A DNA stretch of 60,012 bases from Kofleriaceae bacterium (GTDB lineage Bacteria; Myxococcota_A; Polyangia; Haliangiales; Haliangiaceae). The stretch is taken from positions 1 to 60,012 of the forward strand of contig JBKJLC010000229.1 in the NCBI GenBank assembly GCA_046597055.1, read 5' to 3'. Positions within the stretch are counted from its first letter, which is position 1; the number at the start of each line of letters is the position of its first letter. This document shows positions 52,700 to 60,012 of the stretch, piece by piece. The notes below the pieces were generated by a model. It did not search any database, was not told the DNA's origin, and saw only the letters and a list, made by a program, of their open reading frames with translations. A program made the translations under genes and the position numbers.

Positions 52700-53596
52700 A
52701 TGGACCTCAACGAGATCGTCGTGTTCGCCAAGGTGGTCGAGACCCGCAGCTTCACCGCTGCGGCGCAGCAGCTCGGCCTGCCCAAATCGACCGTGAGCCG
52801 CAAGGTGTCGCAGCTGGAGGAGCGCCTGGCCGCGCGGCTGATCCAGCGCACCACCCGCAAGCTGTCGCTCACCGAGATCGGGCAGGCCTACTACGAGCGG
52901 TGCCAGCGGATCGTCTCCGACATCGCGCTGGCCGAGCAGCTGGTGACCGACATGCAGTCGACCCCGCGCGGGCTCCTGCGGGTCACCGCCCCGGTCGACC
53001 TCGGCGGCTTCCGGCTCGGCGAGCTGACCGCCGCGTTCCTCACCAAGCACCCCGACATCCACCTCCACCTCGAGCTGACCGACCGCGTGGTCGACCTGGT
53101 CGATGAGGGCTACGACCTCGCGCTGCGGTTCGGGCCGCTGGGCGAGTCGAGCCTGATCGCCCGCCGCATGTACGCGATGGCGATGCGGCTGTACGCGTCG
53201 GGGGCGTACCTGGCCGCGCGGCCGCCGCCGTCCGAGCCTGACGATCTGTCCGATCACGACCTGCTCGCGTTCGTGCCCAACGCGCGGCTCAACACCTGGG
53301 TGCTGCACGGGCCCGGCGGCGCGACCGCCGAGCTGACGCCGAGCGCGCGGCTGTCATCGAACAACCTGCTCGCGATCCGCCAGGCGCTGGCCGCCGGCGG
53401 CGGGGTCGCGCTCCTGCCCGACTTCGTGCTCGGCGATCACGTCGCCACCGGCACGCTGGTGCCGCTCCTGCCCGACTGGCACAGCCGCCCGGTCGAGCTG
53501 TTCGCGGTGTACCCGTCGACGCGCAACCTGTCGCCCAAGGTGCGCGTGTACATCGACTATCTGTCCGAGCATCTCAGTCTCGGCGAGCACCCGTGA
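52700..53596 (+). CDS. LysR-family transcriptional regulator (CrgA/DmlR-like)
   Basis: SFTAAAQQLGLPKSTVSRKVSQLEERL...RTTRKLSLTE, VDLVDEGYDLALR. Confidence 0.95.
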   Translation: MDLNEIVVFAKVVETRSFTAAAQQLGLPKSTVSRKVSQLEERLAARLIQRTTRKLSLTEIGQAYYERCQRIVSDIALAEQLVTDMQSTPRGLLRVTAPVDLGGFRLGELTAAFLTKHPDIHLHLELTDRVVDLVDEGYDLALRFGPLGESSLIARRMYAMAMRLYASGAYLAARPPPSEPDDLSDHDLLAFVPNARLNTWVLHGPGGATAELTPSARLSSNNLLAIRQALAAGGGVALLPDFVLGDHVATGTLVPLLPDWHSRPVELFAVYPSTRNLSPKVRVYIDYLSEHLSLGEHP

Positions 53597-54396
53597 GCGT
53601 GACCCTGGCGGAGCTCCACGACGTGGCCGAGCGCTACCTGCTCCCGTTCGGGATGCGGGTGGTGGTCGCGCTCCTGATCTTCTTCGTCGGGCGGTCGATC
53701 GCGCGCATCGTGACCCGCGGCGCCGGCGGCGTGATGGAACGCAGCCGCATGGACGTGTCGCTGCGCAAGTTCCTGGGCGACGTGATGTACGCGGTCCTGC
53801 TGGTCGCGGTGGTCACCGCGTCGCTCGATAGCCTCGGCGTGCGGACCACGGCGGTGGTCGCGGTGCTCGGCGCCGCCGGCCTCGCGGTCGGCCTCGCGCT
53901 GCAGGGCTCGCTGTCGAACTTCGCGGCCGGCGTGATGATCATCGTCCTGCGCCACTACAAGGTCGGCGACACCGTGGTGATCGGCAAGTACACGGGCCGG
54001 GTCGACTCGATCAAGGTGTTCAACACCGTGCTCCACACGGCCGACAACCGGCAGGTGATCATCCCCAACGCCCAGATCATCGCGCAGCCGATCGAGAACA
54101 TGAGCGTGCTCGGCCGCCGCCGGATCGACCTCAGGGTCACGCTCGCGCACGGGACCGACCTCCGGGTGGTCAAGGAGGCGGTCGAGGGCGTGGCGCTCGC
54201 CGACGAGCGCATCCAGGGCTCGCCCCGGCCCGAGCTCGAGCTGGCCGAGGTCGCCGCCGAGGCCATGGTGCTCTACATGCGACCGTGGACGGTGTCGGAG
54301 GACGTCGCGGCGGTGTCGCACGACCTGATGGAGCGCGTGCGCGACACTCTCGACGCGACCGGCGTGAAGTACACCGCCGCCCTGATCACGAGCTGA
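53593..54396 (+). CDS. mscS: Small-conductance mechanosensitive channel
   Basis: LGAAGLAVGLALQGSLSNFAAG, KVGD, IIPN. Confidence 0.93.
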   Translation: MSVTLAELHDVAERYLLPFGMRVVVALLIFFVGRSIARIVTRGAGGVMERSRMDVSLRKFLGDVMYAVLLVAVVTASLDSLGVRTTAVVAVLGAAGLAVGLALQGSLSNFAAGVMIIVLRHYKVGDTVVIGKYTGRVDSIKVFNTVLHTADNRQVIIPNAQIIAQPIENMSVLGRRRIDLRVTLAHGTDLRVVKEAVEGVALADERIQGSPRPELELAEVAAEAMVLYMRPWTVSEDVAAVSHDLMERVRDTLDATGVKYTAALITS

Positions 54397-54418
54397 CCAG
54401 TCCCTCGACCCAGGACTA

Positions 54419-54568
54419 TTGAGGGTCAATGCCGGTGGCGAGGGTTCGGCGATCACCGGCCGCTCGGGCAACGGGTGGAGCTGCACCGTCCAGATGTTCG
54501 GGCTCAGCACCGACGGCGCCGTCAACGGCGCCGACACGCTCTACGTCGGCCTGCGCTGCGACCCCTGA
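54419..54568 (+). pseudogene. Probable 3' remnant of a gene, cut at the left inverted repeat
   Basis: Reads ...RVNAGGEGSAITGRSGNGWSCTVQMFGLSTDGAVNGADTLYVGLRCDP* with strong GC3 bias; no RBS or ATG start. Confidence 0.5.
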
Positions 54569-54655
54569 TCCTGCCGCATCCTGCCGCTACCGATCGGCTA
54601 GCTGCGTGATCCACGTCGCGATTCACGATCGCGCGGCGGAGTATCGTCGAGGCCT

Positions 54656-55738
54656 ATGCTTCGCTTTGCCTGGGCCGGTGTGGTCGCCGCCCTCCTGTCT
54701 GGATGCACGATCTACTTCGGCGGTTCCGACGATCAGCCGAGTGACGATGCCGGCTCCGGTCCCGCGCCGACGGGCGAGCGGCTGGATCTCGAGTGCCTGA
54801 ACGGGGTCATCGGCGGTGAGCTCGTCGATCAGTACTGGAACCGCGACGAGCTGTTCCTGCCGTGGGGTTGTCGGGAGATGACGGGCGAGACCGTGAGCTG
54901 GGGGCCGTCGGAGCTCGTCAGCCTCTTCGGCACGACGTTCCCGGCCTTCCTCGAGCCCATCCGTGTGCAGGACGGGTGGGCGATGACGATCGCCGATCGC
55001 CGCCAGTTGCTCAGGTTCGGGACGGGTTTCCCGATGACGTCGTTCGAGCACGATCTCGACGACATCGTTCGCATCGACTTCGACGGCGACGGCGCGATGG
55101 ACGTCGTCACGTCTGGCGACGGGATCGTGCGGCGCGCCACCCTGCCTTCCGAGTACTACACGACCATCACCGCCGCCCAGGAGACGACGCTGCTCACCGG
55201 CAAGCCCTACCAGTTCATCGCCGTGGCCGACCTCTCGGGATCGACGCTGCTCGACATCTTCTACGCGACAAGCCTCGGTCAGCTCGGCATCGCAACCCAG
55301 ACCTCGCCTGGCCAGTTCACCGACCAGGTGCTCGCCACCGGCGCGCCACCGCAGCGCTTGCACGTCGCCGACGTCGACGGCGACGGTGCCGACGATGTCG
55401 TTGGCGCGTCACCCAGCGTCTACATCTACAGCACCAGGACCGACGCGCTGATCCAGCTCTCCGATCGAGCGCGAGCGATCGCGGTTGGCGACATCGACGG
55501 GGACGGCGTGGCCGAGCCGGTCTTCCTCACCGAGAACGGCCTGCAAGTTCGTCGCGTCGTCGGCCTGACCGCGCCGGGCACCCCCGTGTCGAACGTGGTG
55601 CTGACCACCACGGAGGCCGACGCGCTGGCGGTCGCGCACATGGACAGCGATGTACACGGCGACATCGCGCTGGTGCACCAGGTCGGGGAACCGACGTCGT
55701 GGTTCGAGCTGCTCCGGGCGACCTCGTTCGGGTACTGA
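54656..55738 (+). CDS. FG-GAP/VCBS-repeat lipoprotein
   Basis: LSGC lipobox; DFDGDGAMD, DVDGDGADD, GDIDGDGVAE repeats. Confidence 0.85.
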   Translation: MLRFAWAGVVAALLSGCTIYFGGSDDQPSDDAGSGPAPTGERLDLECLNGVIGGELVDQYWNRDELFLPWGCREMTGETVSWGPSELVSLFGTTFPAFLEPIRVQDGWAMTIADRRQLLRFGTGFPMTSFEHDLDDIVRIDFDGDGAMDVVTSGDGIVRRATLPSEYYTTITAAQETTLLTGKPYQFIAVADLSGSTLLDIFYATSLGQLGIATQTSPGQFTDQVLATGAPPQRLHVADVDGDGADDVVGASPSVYIYSTRTDALIQLSDRARAIAVGDIDGDGVAEPVFLTENGLQVRRVVGLTAPGTPVSNVVLTTTEADALAVAHMDSDVHGDIALVHQVGEPTSWFELLRATSFGY

Positions 55739-55744
55739 GCCTCA

Positions 55745-55963
55745 TCACAGCTTCGCCGCGGCCAGCCGCTCAGCCGGATCGTCCTTCATCAGGTGGCTGA
55801 CGAACGTCACCAGCCCGAGGTCGGAGGCCGCGTCGCGAAGCGCGGGTGCGAACAGCGTGCCGAGCGCATACACGTCCGCAGCGGTCGTCAGCGGTCCGCC
55901 TGCCCTCACCTCGGGCGCGAGGTATTCGGGATCGGAGCCCGCCGCGACCGAGCCCGCACGCAC
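55745..55963 (-). pseudogene. C-terminal fragment of a Ser/Thr protein kinase
   Basis: YLAPE, ADVYALG, DPAER (subdomains VIII, IX, XI); N-lobe and catalytic loop absent; ends at the right inverted repeat. Confidence 0.72.
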
Positions 55964-55985
55964 CGTTTAGCCCTGGGTCGAGGGA

Positions 55986-56357
55986 CTAGCCGCGGGTGGT
56001 CAGCGCCGCGATCGCGGCCCACGCCAGCGCCGCGAGCATCAGCGTGCCGCCGAGCGGCGTGATCGCGCCCAGCCACTTGGTCCCGGTCAGCGCGAGCACG
56101 TACAGCGTCCCGGCAAACAGCACGGTGCCCGCGATCAGGAGCCAGCCGGCGCCGGTCGTGCGCACGCCGTGGGCCGCGGCCAGGGCCAAGGCGATCGCCG
56201 CCAGCGCGCCGTACATGTGGTAGCGGGCCCCGGTCTCGAAGACCTCGAGCATGTCGGCGCTCAGCCGCTTCTTCAGGCCGTGGGCGCCGAACGCGCCGGC
56301 TGCCACCGCCAGCGCCGCCAGCCCGAGCCCCGCACCGAGCAGTCGTTGCCAGATCAT
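55986..56357 (-). CDS. DUF423 (YgdD/TMEM256) membrane protein
   Basis: GAFGAHGL, FETGARYHMY, GTVLFAGTLY, LGAITPLGG. Confidence 0.93.
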   Translation of the reverse strand: MIWQRLLGAGLGLAALAVAAGAFGAHGLKKRLSADMLEVFETGARYHMYGALAAIALALAAAHGVRTTGAGWLLIAGTVLFAGTLYVLALTGTKWLGAITPLGGTLMLAALAWAAIAALTTRG

Positions 56358-56458
56358 GCGCCGACTCTAGCGCGCCGCCGCCAGCCGGCGTGCGGCGTGT
56401 CAGCGCACGAGCGGCTCGCGCGCCTGGTGGTAGCTCGGGGGAGAGACTGGCGTCGCGG

Positions 56459-56674
56459 TCACCGGCGCAGCGCCGCGTCGACGGTCGCGCGGACCTGCGC
56501 CATCGTGCGTCCTCCACCGTTCTCGAGGGAGGCCAGCGCTTGCCGCAGCCCCTCATCCTCCTCGTCGGTCAGCTCGACGACGGCGTCCGCCGCCTCCAGC
56601 ACGTATCGTCCCGCCGGGAGCTCTTTCAGCTCGTCAGGTACGTCCTTGCCGTTCCAGTGAACCACTCGGGCCAT
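56459..56674 (-). CDS. Small antitoxin-like protein (71 aa), no adjacent toxin
   Basis: Acidic ELTDEEDEGLRQALASLENG...TMAQV C-terminus resembles type II antitoxins; TACCCT -10 box 6 nt upstream. Confidence 0.6.
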   Translation of the reverse strand: MARVVHWNGKDVPDELKELPAGRYVLEAADAVVELTDEEDEGLRQALASLENGGGRTMAQVRATVDAALRR

Positions 56675-56694
56675 GGGTCGAGGGTAGCAGCTCC

Positions 56695-56880
56695 GGATCC
56701 AGCACATTCCGGTGGCCCTGAGTCAGGGCTCGCGCAGCGAGCCCGCGGTCGAAGGGCAGACCGTCGAAGATCACGTGCTGCACCTTACACGCTTGCCCTT
56801 CGACACGGCGCTTCGCGCCGGCTCAGCCACCGGAAAGGGCGCCGCTTCCGAACATCGAGGGATGTGATCGATCCCTGAGC
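56695..56880. repeat. Most complete copy (D) of the palindromic REP/MITE-like repeat
   Basis: GGATCCAGCACATT-CCGGTGGCCCTGAG...GTCGAAGGGCA...TGCCCTTCGACACGGCG...GCTCAGCCACCGG...GTGATCGATCCCTGAG. Confidence 0.85.
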
Positions 56881-56908
56881 TAGCAGCCGAGGCCGGTCGT
56901 GCGCCAGG

Positions 56909-58123
56909 TCAGCCCTTCACGCACACGACCTGCTTGAGCGTGTGCACGATGTCGACCAGGTCGGCCTGTGCGGCCATCACCGCGTCGATCGGCTTGTAGG
57001 CGCCGGGCGTCTCGTCGAGGACGTCGGCGTCCTTGCGGCACTCGACCCCCTCGGTGGCGCGGGCATGATCGGCGAGCGTGAACACGCGCTTGGCGTCGGC
57101 GCGGCTCATCGCGCGCCCGGCGCCGTGGCTGCACGAGCTGAAGCTCTCGGGGTTGCCCTTGCCGCGCACGATGAAGCTGCGCGCGCCCATCGACCCCGGG
57201 ATGATGCCGAGCTCGCCGAGCCGGGCCCGGACCGCGCCCTTGCGGGTCAGGTAGACCTCGCGTCCGTAGTGACGCTCGCGCGCGACGTAGTTGTGGTGGC
57301 AGTTGACCGCGAGCTCGCCCAGCTCGAACGGGCGCAGCGCGGCGCGCACCGCCGCCACCACCGCGTCCATCATCAGGCGCCGGTTGGTCGCCGCGAAGTC
57401 CTGGGCCCAGTTCACCGCCGCGACGTAGTCGTCGAAGTGGGCGGCGCCCTCGGCGAAGTACGCGAGCGCGCGGTCGGGCAGGTGCTGGATCGTGCGCCGC
57501 ATGTCCTGGCGGGCCAGCTCGATGAAGTAGGTGCCGAGCCGGTTGCCGACCCCGCGCGAGCCCGAGTGCAGCATGACCCAGACCCGGTCGCGCTCGTCGA
57601 GACAGAGCTCGATGAAGTGGTTGCCGGTGCCGAGCGTGCCGAGGTGGTTGACGTCGTTGCCCTTGCCGAGCCGGGGGTGCTTCTTCACCAGCCGCTGGTA
57701 GCGCGCGACCAGCCCGGACCACGCGGTCGCCGCCGCCGCTGGCAGGTCGCGCCAGGCGCCCCGATCGTTGCGGCCACCGCCGTCGGTGCGGCCATGCGGC
57801 ACCGCCCGCTCGATCGCGGTGCGCACGTCGCGCAGGCTGTCGGGCAGGTCGGCCGCGACCAGCGAGGTCTCGACCGCCATCATCCCGCAGCCGATGTCGA
57901 CGCCGACCGCGGCCGGGATGATCGCGCGCTCGGTCGGGATCACGCTGCCGACGGTGGCGCCGATGCCCCAGTGCACGTCGGGCATCGCCGCGACGTGGTG
58001 GAACACGATCGGCAACCGCGCGACGTTCTCGAGCTGACGGCGGGCCGCGTCCTCGAGCTGGACGCCGCGCACCCAGGCGCGGATCGGCACGCCGCTGGTC
58101 TCGATGAGCTCGGGTCCGGACAT
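56909..58123 (-). CDS. rtcB: RtcB RNA-splicing/repair ligase
   Basis: MPDVHWGIGATVG, VGVDIGCG, LGTGNHFIE, HSGSRG, HHNY, RKGA, IPGSMG, SHGAGR, DETPGAYK. Confidence 0.96.
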   Translation of the reverse strand: MSGPELIETSGVPIRAWVRGVQLEDAARRQLENVARLPIVFHHVAAMPDVHWGIGATVGSVIPTERAIIPAAVGVDIGCGMMAVETSLVAADLPDSLRDVRTAIERAVPHGRTDGGGRNDRGAWRDLPAAAATAWSGLVARYQRLVKKHPRLGKGNDVNHLGTLGTGNHFIELCLDERDRVWVMLHSGSRGVGNRLGTYFIELARQDMRRTIQHLPDRALAYFAEGAAHFDDYVAAVNWAQDFAATNRRLMMDAVVAAVRAALRPFELGELAVNCHHNYVARERHYGREVYLTRKGAVRARLGELGIIPGSMGARSFIVRGKGNPESFSSCSHGAGRAMSRADAKRVFTLADHARATEGVECRKDADVLDETPGAYKPIDAVMAAQADLVDIVHTLKQVVCVKG

Positions 58124-58197
58124 CGCGACCAGTATGCGGCGGTTCCGTCGGTGAAGCACGCGTGTGGCGGCGCACGGGTCATGCACCCGTCCTCCCG

Positions 58198-58223
58198 CAG
58201 CGCGTGCGCCGGCGCACGCGCTG
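58198..58223. promoter_or_regulatory. Perfect 26-bp palindrome between rtcB and the PEGA gene
   Basis: CAGCGCGTGCGCC|GGCGCACGCGCTG. Confidence 0.5.
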
Positions 58224-58299
58224 TGCGCCGCTCACCGCAGCGCGACGAGCCCAGAACGCGCGCGCGCGGAACGGTCCATGTATCATCCGCCTCGGTTCG

Positions 58300-59307
58300 A
58301 TGCTCATGCGCCCCCTTCGCCTCGTCTTCGCTCTCGTTATCGCCGTCCTCCTCTTCGCCGCGCCGGCCGCCGCCGGCACGCTCGGGCTGCTGGTCGCCGG
58401 CGAGCCCGCCAAGCAACCCGTCATCGAGACCACCCTCGAGCCATGGCTGGCGCGGGCCGGCCATCAGGTCCGCATGCGCGTGCTCGACGGCAAGGCGGTC
58501 GACAAGATCGTCGACTGCTTCATCCTCACCGATCAGCGGTGCGCCGAGCCGATGGTGGGCAAGGCCCGTCTCGACGGCTTCCTGTTCGTGATGGTCGAGG
58601 TCAAGCGCGACACCACCACGCAGACCGACGAGATCCGCCTCACCGGCTGGCTGTTCAATGGCGACGGCAGCTCGATCGCCGCCCAGAGCGTCTACTGCAA
58701 GGCGTGCCTCAACGACACCCTGGGCCCGACCGCCGAGGACCTGGCGCGCACCCTGTTCTCGCTCGCCGACGCCGGCACCGGTCGCATCACGGTGGCGTCC
58801 AGCCCGCCGGGCGCCCGGGTCTCGATCGACGGCGCGCCCGTCGGCGCCACCCCGTTCGGTCAGGGGCTGCGGACCGGCCCGCATGTCGTCGAGCTCCAGC
58901 TCGACCGCCACTACCCCGAGCGCCGCGAGGTCACGATCGGCAGGGGTGCGACCGCCGCCGTCGAGGTCGCGATGCGCCCGCTCGAGACCATGGCGTCGCC
59001 ATCCACCCGGCGCAGCAAGGTTCCCGTCGTGATCATGGGCGCCGGCGCGGCGCTGGTCGTCACCGGCGTGGTCCTGTTCGCGATGGACCAGGACTGCGTC
59101 GCGGCCGGCGCGTGCGATGTCGGCAACGACGTGCGCACCTACCGCAACAGCGCGCCGATCGGCGTCGGCCTCGCCGCTGCCGGCGTGGTCGCGGTTGGCG
59201 CCGGTGCCTACCTCTACCTGCGCAAGCCCGGGCGCGCCCCGACCACGGTCGCGATGCCGTGGGCCACGTCTTCGGCCGCCGGCTTCGCCGTCGGCGCTCG
59301 CTTCTAG
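58300..59307 (+). CDS. PEGA-domain protein
   Basis: Signal peptide; ITVASSPPGARVSIDG..VGATP...GPHVVEL (PEGA); C-terminal hydrophobic hairpin and GARF end. Confidence 0.88.
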   Translation: MLMRPLRLVFALVIAVLLFAAPAAAGTLGLLVAGEPAKQPVIETTLEPWLARAGHQVRMRVLDGKAVDKIVDCFILTDQRCAEPMVGKARLDGFLFVMVEVKRDTTTQTDEIRLTGWLFNGDGSSIAAQSVYCKACLNDTLGPTAEDLARTLFSLADAGTGRITVASSPPGARVSIDGAPVGATPFGQGLRTGPHVVELQLDRHYPERREVTIGRGATAAVEVAMRPLETMASPSTRRSKVPVVIMGAGAALVVTGVVLFAMDQDCVAAGACDVGNDVRTYRNSAPIGVGLAAAGVVAVGAGAYLYLRKPGRAPTTVAMPWATSSAAGFAVGARF

Positions 59308-59330
59308 TCCTGGCTGCTCCGGAGGCCCTC

Positions 59331-60012
59331 ATGCTCGCCGCCCCCGCTCGTCTCGCCCTCTACTCCGCCGCGCTGGTCGGGCTGGCGCTGGCCGCCTGCA
59401 CCGCCAACAACCCGAACTACTGCGACGCCGGCGAGCAGTGCAACGCCGTCGACGCCCGGCTCGACGGCACCGTGTCACGCTGCAACACCAGCGGCCCCGA
59501 CCCAGTCTGCCCGGCCGACGAGCCGGTCTGTGCCAGCGACCTCTGCGGCGGCGCCTGCGCAGGCGACACCGACTGCGCCACCCGCACCGACGGCGCGACC
59601 GTCTGCCTGATGCCGCCCGGCGACTGCGTCGCGTGCGACGAGAACGACGCCCAGGCCGCGCCCGGCTCCGCCGAGGACGAGTGCCCCACCGCCGCCATGG
59701 CCGTCTGCGACGGCGCCAGCCACACCTGCCGCCCCTGCGAGGCCCACACCGAGTGCGCCTCGGGCGTCTGCGAGGCCGGCACCTGCGTCGTGAGCGCCAA
59801 CGTCATCTACATGAAGGCCGACGGCACGGACACGGGTGACTGCCTCACCCAGAGCACCGGGTGTCTCACGATGCACTACGCGAAGGGCGAGCTCACGCCG
59901 ACGCGCAAGTACATCGTCATGGCGCCAAGCGCGACGCCGTATGACACGCGGGCCAACAGCCTTGATCACGTCGAGTTCAACGGTGTCAATGAGTCCGCAC
60001 ATATCATCGGCT
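59331..60012 (+). CDS. Cys-rich secreted lipoprotein (partial, runs off the window)
   Basis: GGAGG RBS; MLAAPARLALYSAALVGLALAAC-TANNPNYC..., many Cys repeats (CVAC, CRPC, CASGVC); no stop seen before the window end. Confidence 0.8.
   Translation, partial: MLAAPARLALYSAALVGLALAACTANNPNYCDAGEQCNAVDARLDGTVSRCNTSGPDPVCPADEPVCASDLCGGACAGDTDCATRTDGATVCLMPPGDCVACDENDAQAAPGSAEDECPTAAMAVCDGASHTCRPCEAHTECASGVCEAGTCVVSANVIYMKADGTDTGDCLTQSTGCLTMHYAKGELTPTRKYIVMAPSATPYDTRANSLDHVEFNGVNESAHIIG

Larger units (their letters stand above)
54399..55987. mobile_element. Putative inverted-repeat-bounded inserted segment without transposase
   Basis: AGTCCCTCGACCCAGGACTA (54399-54418) and TAGCCCTGGGTCGAGGGACT (55968-55987) are 19/20 inverted repeats; truncated ORFs abut both. 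Confidence 0.6.

Noticed and set aside
55960..55990. Integron attC interpretation of the inverted-repeat-bounded segment
   Set aside because: No paired RYYYAAC/GTTRRRY boxes at attC spacing, no integrase, and the cargo includes truncated genes on both strands.

Overview
Very GC-rich (by eye about 70% or more) bacterial chromosomal window with about 55 genes. Gene content suggests Myxococcota, possibly a Kofleriaceae/Haliangium-like lineage (inference): two sigma54 NtrC-type regulators, PilZ proteins, PEGA, FG-GAP and Cys-rich lipoproteins, and a Ser/Thr kinase remnant. Most of it is housekeeping or envelope genes (uppS-cdsA, pspA, gshB, add, a transsulfuration lyase, class A PBP, gpmI, lolA, astA, rtcB, mscS, phoD). 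I saw no rRNA, tRNA or CRISPR array. Best candidates for something new: (1) a 66-aa membrane-anchored 'NPNSSS' peptide translationally coupled to a radical SAM/SPASM enzyme, a possible RiPP-like or protein-modification system; (2) a 1.59-kb segment bounded by 20-bp inverted repeats, carrying one intact gene and two gene remnants cut at the repeats; (3) a REP/MITE-like palindromic repeat family, one copy of which sits in frame inside an acyl-CoA ligase gene; (4) a beta-CASP-like nuclease homologue that has lost its recognisable metal ligands but keeps a C-terminal clamp-binding-like motif; (5) a reductase-MerR-diiron oxygenase operon with a palindromic operator; (6) many leaderless-type promoters (TANNNT 5-8 nt before the start codon). 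All assignments come from motif recognition by eye; no database searches were run.
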